64,000 bases of DNA from the human T2T-CHM13v2.0 reference genome, Homo sapiens. Every line of letters starts with the position of its first letter. Within the stretch, counting starts at the first letter, position 1. Position numbers and translations under genes: made by a program. Shown in pieces: positions 24,897 to 39,820 of the stretch. The notes beneath the pieces were generated by a model. That model worked only from the letters and a program-made list of their open reading frames with translations, did not search any database and had not been told where the DNA came from. Where the stretch lies: NCBI RefSeq assembly GCF_009914755.1, contig NC_060930.1, one strand, 5' to 3'.

Positions 24897-25160
24897 CCTT
24901 GGGTATGTAATTCTCCAGCTGAATGTCAAGCAGTTGCTCTGTAAGTATGTCCACCACCTCTCTCAGTACTGGGTTCTGTGCTTTCCAGGCCGTTGTGACA
25001 TTTAGTTTCTTCCCCAGGGGACTGACGGGTGTGACTGTCTTGCTGCCACAGTCATAGTGAAGAAAAGTCTTTTCATCCACCTGGCCTTGAACCGCACACC
25101 ACCGTGGTCCAGGTCTGAACTTAGGGATGACGGTGATGTCATAGCAAAGAGAGTGAGGGT
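24897..25160 (-). CDS. RAET1G: RAET1G coding exon 2, MHC-I-like alpha1 domain (DPHSLCYDITV...ENYIPK)
   Basis: TTCTCCACAG acceptor, GTAAGT donor, 264 nt; inside track ORF 24850..25425. Confidence 0.97.
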
Positions 25161-25373
25161 CTGTGGAGAAAGGCAGGTGAGGGGTGGGTGGGGAGGAAAA
25201 GACCCCTAGATACCCCTCCTCCACACTGTGACAATAAGAGGAAGCCTCTGGAGGGCTGGGCTGGCCCAGCAAGGAGTGCCTCCTCCAGAACTGTGGTGTC
25301 CACAAGATTAAGGCGAGTGCTCCCCACTTCCATGAGGGCAAAGAGGAGGAGGAGGTCCCTGCCTGCTGAGAAA

Positions 25374-25395
25374 CCACATGTCCCCAGACATGTCC
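25374..25395 (-). promoter_or_regulatory. Identical candidate p53 element in RAET1G intron 1
   Basis: Reverse complement is identical to 50410-50431. Confidence 0.45.
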
Positions 25396-27899
25396 CACTG
25401 CCCCTCTGTCCACATCGGTCAACACAGGACCTTGCTAGAGAGGTGCCAGGAGTGCTAGAGGAGGAAGGGCCTGGATGACAGAGGATCTTCAGCAGTAGCC
25501 CACGTGGACTGTGGGAGGTGGGACAGGGTGTGGGAGCTGCACCTGAGGATACTGGTGCATGGTGGGACGGAGTGAGGATGGAACCCAGTTGGATAAAGAA
25601 GAGTTAATTATCATGGTCACAGGATTTAACACGTTGGCAAAGCCCCTGGTGGTGGTGCTCATCTACTATGAGGATGCCTTCCTGAAACCTTGGACAAAGG
25701 GATGGTCCACACAGCAAGAAATAGAAAAATCTGAAAATCTAAGGCAGGCAGTAGACGGAGGGATCACAGGCTCAGAGAAGTGCCCAGGCTGGAGGGGTCT
25801 GAGTGTGAAAATCCAGAACAATGTCCATCTGCTGTGCTCATGGGAAGCCTGGAGGACTCCTGTTTACCTGGCATATAAAGAAGGCCCCATGAGAAGGCAC
25901 CAGAATGGGATGAAGCTCAGGGATGCCTATTGCTGAAGGCCAGGGTTGGGGGTAGGAGATGCTCTTCCTGAAATGGGCTCCCAGTAGTAATGGGATGAAA
26001 AATCCCGAAATAACAGATTCCAGGTGGAGGTTGTCAACTGTCAGGAACAAGGAGGGTGCAATGATGGAAATGATTAGAGAAGTCACAATGCCAGCTGGAG
26101 ACCTCAGTCATACAAAGCTATGCCCATGGCTCATAGAACAAAGGGGTCCAAGATCCAGAAGAGATGGAAACCCAACCTGAATAGTGCTGGATTTAAATAA
26201 TTACAAGAAACAGAGATAAAACAAATGATGGATGACCAGGAGGCTGAAAGTAGCCAGTCCTTCAAGAACAAGGCTGCTTTGCCTAATTTGCAGAATAAAG
26301 CCACTTCTCAGACCGTGAACCCATGACTAGAAGAAGACACCAGTTTCCAGTGAGGAAGGACCCTTTAACCCCGCAACAAGTGCAATGATTCTTTGTGGGC
26401 TTCTCCAAACGTATTTATGGCCACTAGAGTTTGCTATGAAGGGCAATTTTGTAAACATGTAAAGGTGTGCAGGGAATATATTCTCCATTGTAACTACTCA
26501 GCTCTGCTGTTGAAGCGCAAAGGCAGCCACAGGCAATCCATGAATGAGCGAGGCTGGACCTGCCTTAAGTGCCCAATGACCCAAGACCCCCTAAGATCCT
26601 AGAGGTGCATGTGGTTCCAATGTCTAATTGGAGAATCACAACATAGATTCCATGTGAATGTTCAGAGGCAAGGCAACGCCACTCACAGCAAGGAAATCTC
26701 AACATTAAAAAGTGTCTCCTGTAGAGTACTGGGCCTTGGCAGAGATGGGGCCTTTAGCCATGGAAGGGCCGTGACCATCCAGCCTCAGAGCTGCCCATTA
26801 CAGGTGGGCTCCTCACCCTCTAGGTCATTAGGAAGAGAGGTCTGGCAGTGAGAAGACACAGGTGGTTCTCCTGGGATGGGCAGAAGTAGGGCCACAGGGA
26901 ACCGGGAAGCTGCACAAGCAGTTGGCCCCGATTCCCAGGACACCACGTGGCTGCACCCCCTTACCCTCAGCTTACACCTCAGGTTTCAGGGAAGGTCACT
27001 GATGGCCCCCGTGGACCATAGATGCCACTCAGCAGCAAAGGAGGGGAGAGTAGACCCTGAACCATGGGACCCCCACTCCCATCACATCCACACCACCCAG
27101 AAGCCACAGGCAAGGTAGGACCACCTTCTACTCTCCAACTGACACCTGAGACACCACTTGGAGATGACACCATAGGGGATGGGGTACTATTTGCTGGTAC
27201 ACTGTAATCCCCTCATCTAGGGTCAGCAACCTAGGACAGGGTCCAAATCTGGTCCCCCCTATTTGAAGGTTGCCATTGCCTGCTGTTGCTCTGCAAAGGG
27301 ACAGGACTGGACACTGAGACGGAGAACCCAAGGCCTGCAAAGATCACAGGGCATCCTTCCTCCCTTTCTAGAAAGGGTTTGCTGACCCCTGTCTACACAC
27401 TGACTATTCTCTATGATGCTGGCGCCCCAGTAGGAAGAACAGGCAGGTCTGGGCCCCAAGGGCAGAAGTGGGTGCCTCTACTCACCAGAGTTCCCAGGGT
27501 CATCCTGGAGGAAATGGTGCTTCCCATCCCCCCTGCACAGGTTCTGTGGGGAGCTTGGGGTGTGTTTGCTGGGGTGTGTCCTCAGGCAAGAGGCAGAAGG
27601 TGTCACGTGGTGTAAGAGGTCGCGAGGGCCCCTTCATGGATGGGGAGACCTCTGGGGTGACCAGCTGGGCTGAGGTGGGGAGTAAGAGGATGTTACCTGG
27701 GTGGTGGCAGTGGATGGTGAGGGGAGGGTGGGAAGTGTCTGCTGAGCCGCTGGGTGCAGGTGAGTGTCTACAGGAAAGTGCAGGGAAAAATTCAAGGGCA
27801 CGCAGCCCTGGGGGTGCTGGAAGGTTTGTGTGGTTGAGAGCGGGTGAGAACAGAGCAGGCTGGTGGCTGGTGGGAGTGTCTGTGATTGTGTCCCTGTGC

Positions 27900-28650
27900 A
27901 ACCCCACTTCACCCCTGTCCTGACCCCAGCTCGGATTCTGGGGGCTCTGGTTTCTCCTTCCCGAGGGCGGGTGGGACTGCCGGGCTGCACTAGGGATCCC
28001 CGCTCCACGTCGCCCTCTGCAGCCCTCTGGCCCCTCCACTCTCCGGGGGTTCCTTTCCAGCCTCCTCTCTGACCAGCTCCTCCCCTCGGAGGATAAGTAG
28101 CCTCTGGGAACGGACCCGGCGGGAAGGAGACGCGGAGGGAAACTGAGCGGGGGCGCAGTCCGGGGTGATCGCACGGGTCCTTCCAGAAGCCTCCCCTCCT
28201 CTGAAGCCCACAGTCCACAGCCCCCCACGGTTGGCCTCCGCCCCGCTTAGGCTCCATCCCCGAACTCACCGGCCAGCCCGGTCCTGCACCAGCTGGACAG
28301 CAGGAGCAGAAGCGGGAGGCGTAGAAGGAACGCGGGGCTGGCGGCCGCTGCCATTGGGGAGTTGGATCGCAGGGGACAGCAGAAGCGAAGCCCAGCCCGT
28401 GGATCACCTGGCGGCTCGCAGGCTGTCTGAATGCAGCCCGTCTGAATGCAGCCCTAAACTCCAGTAAGCCCTAAACTCTAGCACTCCTTCTGCCCCGCCC
28501 CTCGGAGGAAACACACCCCCTTTGCTGAGCCGCTAGCCAATCAGGTGTCTCTCAGCCAAGTTGCTCATCCAAGTCTACCCCACTTTCTACTGCAGCGCTC
28601 GCGCACTTCCCCCTGCTTCAGCCAGTCAGACTTTGCTGGCTGCCTGCCCG
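27900..28650 (-). promoter_or_regulatory. RAET1G: RAET1G CpG-island promoter
   Basis: CpG-rich; GC box near 28492-28501; CCAAT near 28537; short tandem duplications at 28425-28480. Confidence 0.75.
28270..28354 (-). CDS. RAET1G: RAET1G (ULBP5) coding exon 1, signal peptide MAAAASPAFLLRLPLLLLLSSWCRTGLA
   Basis: ATG at 28354 on minus; 85-nt phase-1 exon ending at a GTGAGT donor; lies in a CpG island; ULBP-type leader. Confidence 0.96.
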
Positions 28651-28949
28651 GGACCAGTCCTGCCAAAGGCTTCTTTCCATGACCCCCTCATGTAATCATC
28701 ACCGCAATTTTTTCATTTTGTATTAATCCAATGTGGATACCGATGCACAGAAAGGTGAAGAAAATGCACAGAAGTGTTCAGCCGCGACAGGGTCTCCCTG
28801 TCCTCGCCTGTACCTGCGACACCCGCCTTCCCTCTCCCTGCGTTGCAGAGTGCTCCCAACCCACCGTCCTGTGCGCAGATCCAAGCCCAGTCCCATCCCC
28901 GCGGCCTCATCCCAAATCCCGAGTGGACGTGGTTATAGCCTGGGCTAGG

Positions 28950-29280
<331 letters not shown>

Positions 29281-30239
29281 GGGCTAGATTTTATTACAGA
29301 AGCACCAGGTCTTCAGAAGCTTCAAAGAAGATATTGTACACTAAACAATTGGTTAAGATAGTAAATTTTATGTTCTACTTTTTTACCAAAATTAAACAGC
29401 TTTAAAAATTATCTTAAAAATATGTGTCTTGCTGGGATCTGCCCAATTCGGATTGGCAAAAAGACTCTGCTCATTAAAATCTTTGCATTTTAATGCAAAG
29501 CATTGAAAACCTTGTCTCTAAAATCACAACCTGTGAGGCACCTTGCTGATTTAGAAAGCACATCAGAGAGATTGACCCTGAGCTCCCCTTAGAACAGTGC
29601 CCCACCAGGTGTGGGGATGGCCCAGGGGACTCAGCAGAGCAGGTTCAAATGAAAGCTCCCCATAGCTACTAACTGCCAGCGCTTGCTTTGGGCCTGTTCC
29701 CCCTGGGCAAGGACCAGCCATCCTTCCAAGCCGCGCACAAATACCCCCTCCCATGTGTGTCCCTCATCTTCCCACATGAAGGAACACCCTCCTGCTCCCT
29801 GAGGCCTGGATCCACAGTGATGGAGCGTATCCGGATCTCCCTGTGTGACAAATGCTCACACATTTCTTTGCTTCTCTACTAGAAGCATGAGGTCTTTGAG
29901 ACTATACTAGATCTGTGTACAGCTTTTGAGGGAAAAAAGCCCTAGTGGCCTACTGTTGCTCAATTGGAATGTGATCAATTGTGTTTCCCATGGGAGCAGG
30001 AGGCAAGGGAGGGGTCTGTGCGTGCGTGGAGCTCACTTTGCAGTACACCCATCTGTGGCCAACCATTGATGCCTGGATCCATGGCTGCACCCACACCTCT
30101 GCTCAGTCCCTGGACGGTCCCTGCGGCCATCCTCAAAAGGAAACCCCAATTGTATCCTTGTCTTAATTATCATGAGGGCATCTGGAAGTGGTGGCAGAAG
30201 CCAGAGACAGGTGAGGGTCCCAGTGGTTCCTGGCAGCTG

Positions 30240-32540
30240 TGAAGGGCTTAGCTTAGGGTGAGGACTGGACAGAGCCCCTGGGTCCCATTCTGCCCCCAGC
30301 CACTCAGGCAATATCCTCTTTTCCCCTTCTCTCTCAGCCTCTTCTCACCCTAGGGCTGTACCCAAAGCTCTGAATGAGACTGTCCCTGCCCCGCCCCATC
30401 CACTCCTGGTCCAGCTCAGCAGTGACCTTGGAACTCCAGGAGCAGCTCAGTACCCCTGTCTCCGAGTCAGCTCTGCTCCAGGCAGGGCCAGAATCTGGAG
30501 TGTGCAGGAGGCCGGATGGCAGGGGCATTGCCCCAGGACTGAGCCGTATTCTGAGGGTTCCCAGAGACCTGACCTCCTACTTGTATACAGTCTTTTCAGT
30601 CAGCGTCTGCCTTAAAGGCTGTGACCCAGGCACCTTCCCTGGGAATTAACTCCAGCATTGTCCTCTGGGTCGACACAGTCCTTGGCAGCCTCTCCTTCCT
30701 GGGGTTACACCCAGTTCCTCTGCTCTTCTCCAGTGGATGGAATCTCCTTCTCCTTGACACACAGCATCTGGAGCCACCAATCTGCTGCCCCACTCAAATG
30801 TGAGGACCGCACATGCCTGAGCTCCTGCTGTCTGCACACCACGCACCGTGGGGGTTCCTTATGACCAGAGACACAGTCTGAAACAGACCTGAATTTGCTA
30901 AACCCTCTAGAGCTCGACAGGACCTAAGCCTTGATATGGTTCTGTGTGCTCCTCCCAGGGCGCCCGCTGTCCCCGAGCTCCGGGCCTGAGTGCTGGCTGG
31001 CGGAGACCCACAGTGGGTGCCCCGCTCCCGGACGATGCCCCTGGGCTTCCAGATCCAGAGCCTCGGGACGAAACTGTTTCAGGAAGACCCGGAAGGACTC
31101 GCCGGTCGCGGCAAGGGACAGGCGGTTCCTGAGACAGGAGGAGCCAGGAAATGCGGGGCCTGGTGGGGTGAGGAGCACGGGGTTCCTCCTTCATCCTCGC
31201 GGGGACTTTGCCACCGGCTCAGTGTGGAGGCCTCACCGTCCCGCCCGGATCCGTGGGGCTCCGAGAGTGTGGCCCCTGCGATGACCCCCCCATCCTCCTT
31301 GCCCTGGGGCTGCTGCGGGAGGGCGCCCGGGCAGCACTAGGTCCTGAGTGTCCAGGGTCCGGCAGGGGCTTCCCGTTGTCGCCTCCCTGACCCCGCCGCT
31401 TGCGGTCCAGGGCTGCTGGTTTCTCCGCTGGTCTGGGAGGCCCTAGCATGGACGTCGTGAGGCGGAGAAAACCTTGGGATAGGTGGAAAAGAAGGATTGG
31501 AGGGAGGGCGGCAGAAAGGGAGAGGAAGGAAACAGGGCCGGAGAACAATGAGAAACCCCCACCACGAAAATGGGGAGAGGGGGACACGCGCACAGCCCCC
31601 ACACTCCACCGACTCTCCGTCTCCTGCTCTCTGCCCAGTAAGGAACACAGGCCCCACCCCCTCCACCCTCACTGTGTTTGGGATCAGCCATTTCAGCGGG
31701 GTGAGGCGTCCCCTTGTGGGTGCGATTGGCATTTCCCTGAGGGCTGTGAACACTGAACACCTTTTCCTGGGCTCACTGCGATTTGCATTCTTCTTCTGAT
31801 GCCAGCGGGCAAGGGGAGGTCCCCAAACGCCGGTGGGACCTCGACTCCAGCCAGTGTCCAGATTCTTGATATTGCCGGGGAAATTAATTCAAGGACCAGT
31901 AGGAAATAGAGAAAGGACGGAGATTTATTGTAAAAGGCAAAGTACACAGTCAAGTAAAGGGAGTGCAGGGGAACTCGAGAGAGAAGCAGGTGCAAGTTTG
32001 GGGCTGCCACCTTTCTGGGTTTCTTTAACCAAGGAGTGGAATATTCATGAAAATTCCTGGAAGAAGGTAGAGATTTCTCAGAACTGTGGTGCCCCGCATT
32101 TTTACACTAAATATAAGTGTTCTCAGAACTGCTCAGGAGCTGGCTGGTGTGTGTTTAGTATGTTAATCAGCATGTAATGAGGTCCTAGGTGAAACCTAGG
32201 TCAAATGCAGGGCCTTGTTGGGTCCAGTCATTCTTAGCCAGCTTGGTCCACATGCTGTTTTTCAGCATCTTATCAGCCCAGAGCCTCTGCACATATTTCA
32301 ACAGATTCCTTTTGCTAGTCACCTGAAACTGCTGCCCAAAATTTTCTATTCTTTTGAGACCACCGTGTAGTATACCTGTCTTACTTTGGAGAAATGTCTA
32401 TTCAAATTCCTTGCATATATTTAAATTGGGTTATTTCACTTTATAATGTTGAGTTGCAACATTATATATTATATATAATATATAATTGCAATTATATTTT
32501 GTTGCAATATTATATATTCAGAATACCAGTCCCTTACCTG
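30240..32540 (-). repeat. Fourth partial copy: ULBP intron-4-like sequence fused to the CpG/MER41 block
   Basis: 30240-30935 resembles 21700-22100 and 23090-23290; 30940-32540 is the reverse complement of ~42680-44230. Confidence 0.75.
31797..32383 (-). mobile_element. MER41-family ERV1 LTR (copy A)
   Basis: Reverse complement of GACAGGTATACTACACGGTGGTC...GGCAGCAGTTTCAGGTGACTAGCAAAAGGAA; subfamily not determined. Confidence 0.75.
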
Positions 32541-32589
32541 ATATATGATTTTTATTTTATTTTTTAAAATTTATTTATTTATTTATTTT

Positions 32590-34720
<2,131 letters not shown>

Positions 34721-35184
34721 CACTTTCTCCAGCAACCAGGGGGACCCAGGACCCACTTACCAGGAATCCAGAGTCTTTTTCAGACCCACAGAGGATGATT
34801 CTTCTGTGTAGCACTAGGTGAGCCTGACATAATTTAAGTGGTGGTTGGAGGCTGAGGGAACGGCTGAATGAATGAGAGTTGTGGGAGTGAATGGGCTCAG
34901 AAGAAAACCCCAGGTGCAGAAGGGGAGCTGCAGTGGATGCTGTAGCCCCCAGAGGCCTGAAGGTGGCGGTACCGTGGTTGGAGACCTCCAGGCTGGGCAG
35001 AATTTGGAAATATGTGTAGTCACCTGGGTGCCCACAGAGTTTTTCCAAAGAGGAGAAATTTTGGCTTACAACAGGTATAGAGCTCCATCAGCATAGAATC
35101 TTTTAATAAACTTGTTGATCACAGGACAGGAAATTGCTGTCTTCAGCCCATTTGATTGAGACCAGAGTGTACTCAGGACAGAAA

Positions 35185-37190
35185 AATCCTAACCAGAGCC
35201 ATTGGCAAGTGAAGGAAAGAAAAGGCGTTCAAATAGGAAAAGAAAAAGTCAAACATGTCTCTTTGCCAGTGATGTGATTCCATACATAGTAAACCCTAAA
35301 GACCCTGTCGGAAGGCTCCTGGAACTGACATATCAATTCAGTAAAGTTTCAGGATACAAAATCAATGTACACAATCAAGAGCATTCTTATACACCAATAA
35401 TATTCTAGCTGAGAATGAAAGCAAGAACACAATCGCATTTACAAAACCAACAAAGAAAAGTAAATGCCTAATAGTTAATCTAACCAAAGAGATGAAAGAT
35501 CTTTCCAAGAAAACTACAAAACGTGGCTGAAAAAAAATCAGAGACAACACAAATAAGTGGAAAAAATATTTCATGCTCATGGGTTGGGAGAATCGATATA
35601 GGCAAAATGGCAATACTTCCAAAAGCAATTTATAGATCCAACGCTATCCCTATCAAAATACCAATGTCATTTTTCACAGAAAAATCTAACCTAAAAATTA
35701 TTGGGAATTTAAAAAGAGCCCAAATAGCCAAAACAATCATAAGCAAAAAGAACAAAGCCAGAGACATCACATTGCCCGACTTCAAACTATAATATAAGGC
35801 TACAGTGATCAAAACAGAATGGTACTGGTACAAAAATAGACACTTAGATCAGTGGAACAGAATAGAGAACTCAGAAAGAAACCTTCACACCTACAGCCAT
35901 CTAACCTTCAACAAAATCAACAAAAATAAGCAATGGGGAAAGACTCCCCATTCAACAAATGGTACTGGGATATCCATGTGCAGAAGAATGAAACTGAACC
36001 TCTACATTTCACCATATATGTAAAATAACTTGATATGGATTAAAGATTTAAATGTAAGTCCTAAAACTATAAAAATTCTGGAAAATAACCTAGGAAATAC
36101 CACTCTGGACGTAGGGCCTGGCGAAGATTTCATGATGAAGACAGCCAAAGCAATTGCAACCAAAACTGAAAATTGCCAAATGGGACTTCATTAAACTGAA
36201 GAGCTTCTGCACAGCAAAAGAAACTAGGAACACAGTCAACAGTCTATAAAATGGGAGAAATGTCTGCAAACTATGCATCTGACAAGCGTCGAATATGCAC
36301 AATCTACAAGGAAATTAAACAATTAAACAAGCAAGAACAAAAAACCCAGTTAAAAAATAAGCAAAGAACGTGAACAGACACTTTTCAAAAGAAGACCTAC
36401 AAGTGGCCAAGAAACATGAAATAATGCTCAATATGAGCAATCATCAGAGAAATGCAGATCAAAACCACAGTGAGGTACCATCCCATACCCATCAAAATGG
36501 CTATCCTTAAAATTTCAAAAAAACCACAGATATTGGTGAGGCTGAGAAGAAAAGGGAACACTTAGACACTTTTGCTGAAAAGGCAAAGTAGTACTAGTTC
36601 AGCCACTATGGAAAGCAGTTTGGAGATTTCTCAAAGAACCAAAAATAGAACTACCATTTGACCCAGCAATTCCACTGCTGGGGATATACTTAAAGGAGAA
36701 TAATTTATTCAGTCCAATAGGCCCGTATGTTCATTGCAGTGCTATTCTCACTAGCAAGGACACAGAATCAATCTAAGTGCCCAGGAGCAGTGGACTGAAT
36801 GAAGAAAACCTGGTACATATGGACCATGGAAATCCATGCAGCCATGAAACACAACAAAGTCAAGTTCTTTTCAGCAACATGGTTGGAATTGGAGGCCATT
36901 ATCCTAGGTGACCTAACACAAGAACAGGCAACTGCACACCGCAGGTTCCCGTTTATAAGTGGGAGCTAAACATTAAATACACATGAATGTAAAGATGGGA
37001 ACCACAGACACTGGAGATCACTAGACAGGGGAGTGGGGAGGGGCACGTGGGCTGAAGAACCACCCACTGGGTATGATGCTTACTGTCTGGGATTATTGGG
37101 ACCCCAAGCCGCAGCCTCCCACAATTGACCCATGTAACAAACCTGCACGTGTACTCTTTATAATAAAAGTTGAAAATAAAAATGAATAAA
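35185..37190 (+). mobile_element. Older L1 3' part (ORF2 and 3'UTR)
   Basis: ORF2-like ORFs 35523..35792 and 35805..36023; A-rich end. Confidence 0.85.
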
Positions 37191-37194
37191 TATG

Positions 37195-38195
<1,001 letters not shown>

Positions 38196-39745
38196 GACAC
38201 GAGGCAAAAAAAAGTGGGTTTAACTGACACAGGCAAGAGAGAACTCTGCACTATAAACTCTAACCCTGCCCTAGAAAAATAAACTCTAGTCATTTAAAAT
38301 AATTATAAGGTGTATGATCATAATTTTATAAAAATTGAAGATGATTCTACTAAAACCCTAACATTAAACTGTGCATAATGGAATTTCAGATGATTTCCAC
38401 CTTGTTCTTTATTCCTTTTTTGTTCCATTTTCAAGTGACCTTTTTTGTTTATCCTCAGGAACTCATTGCTCCCAGCTGTCCCCTTCTGTACCCACCCTCT
38501 CCTTTTCCAGGGTCCGCCCCAGCCCTTCCTCTGACCTGAAACTATGGCTTCCTTGGCACTGAAGGCACAGGAGCTGCATTCAGCCTCGGGAGAGAGTAGG
38601 ACAAGGGCAGGTAGTGGAGGTGGTCTTGGCGCAAACGAATCTAACAGCGCCCAGTCTCCATTGCAGATGGCTGCATTTCTCCACATGTTATCTACAAGCA
38701 AACCAAACTTACCCCTTTCCTGATTGGTTTCTCACTCTGCCCAACTCCTACTTGAAAATTCATATTCTTCCACCTAACATTTCTTTCTACTTCTTGTCTT
38801 CACAATATATTCTGATTTATTGTGCCCAGGAAACACTGGTCTACACCACATCCTAAGTTACCATCTAAAGTGTAGTGAACAAATGGACAGGAAAGAGGCC
38901 GCTGCCCCACTCACTGCCTCTCATTTATTCACTCACAGGGTAAGTACAGCCTCAGAACCAACAGTGAGCTGTGCTGTGGATACTTCTCTGAGGAAAACAG
39001 ACAAAATCCGTGCTCCAGTGGGGACAGCAGGTGAACGTAATGAGCAGGTGCATTGCATCAGGTGTAGGAAAGTGACAGATGATTCAGGTGGTGGGGAGCA
39101 AGGTAATGGAGAGGAAGAGTGGGAAGGGAGTCTCCAGGTCCTCAACAGGCTAAACAGGAAGGACTCCCAAAAAAGTAACATGTGTGTCCTGGCTTCATGC
39201 CTTCCTGCAGGAGGCAGAGCCCATGAAATGTACTGGAGTGGTCCAGGGAAAATCCAGAAGGTGCCTTTGTAACATTTTCAAGACAACCCTATAAAAAAAG
39301 AGTACCCAAGAATGTATTCGTTAAGTAGTCAGGAGCAAACAATAAATATTTATGACCTAGCAATTTTATTGCCATTTAAGAAAATATTTCACATAAATTG
39401 AAAAAGTAGTATGTTTATTTCTTTCTTAAATAAGCACAAATGTTTACTAATGGACATGTGTACCTACTGGGCACTGAACAACTTCTCAAACTTTGGAAGC
39501 AGATTGGACACAGCCACCCTGATTTCCTATTTCATACCTATTTTTGCAGGGATTCTTGGTTTTTTATCACAGCAACTGTTGAAATCACAGATTGTAAAAC
39601 TACAATGTCATCTAAAGCAATGGTGCATAGTCTGATGTTGAAACTATAAAATACTTTGGATCAGTACTTCCTGCGGTGTCCAGCAGATGGCACCACTAAT
39701 CTTTCAAATATTTCAATAAGCCCAGAGGGTTTGCTCACAGTGAGT

Positions 39746-39820
39746 TTGTGACATCATGGCGGATGAGACAATTGTGACATCATGGTGGATGAGACAATTG
39801 TGACATCATGGTGGATGAGA
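39746..39820. repeat. 26-bp tandem repeat, ~3 copies
   Basis: TTGTGACATCATGG(C/T)GGATGAGACAA repeated. Confidence 0.9.

Noticed and set aside
27468-28467. Long ORFs (151-257 aa) over RAET1G intron 1, and similar ones at 47610-48271
   Set aside because: GC-rich CpG-island sequence with few stops; frames not kept between the paralogs; no recognisable domain
39746-39820. Short repeats resembling a CRISPR array
   Set aside because: Head-to-tail with no spacers, in mammalian DNA
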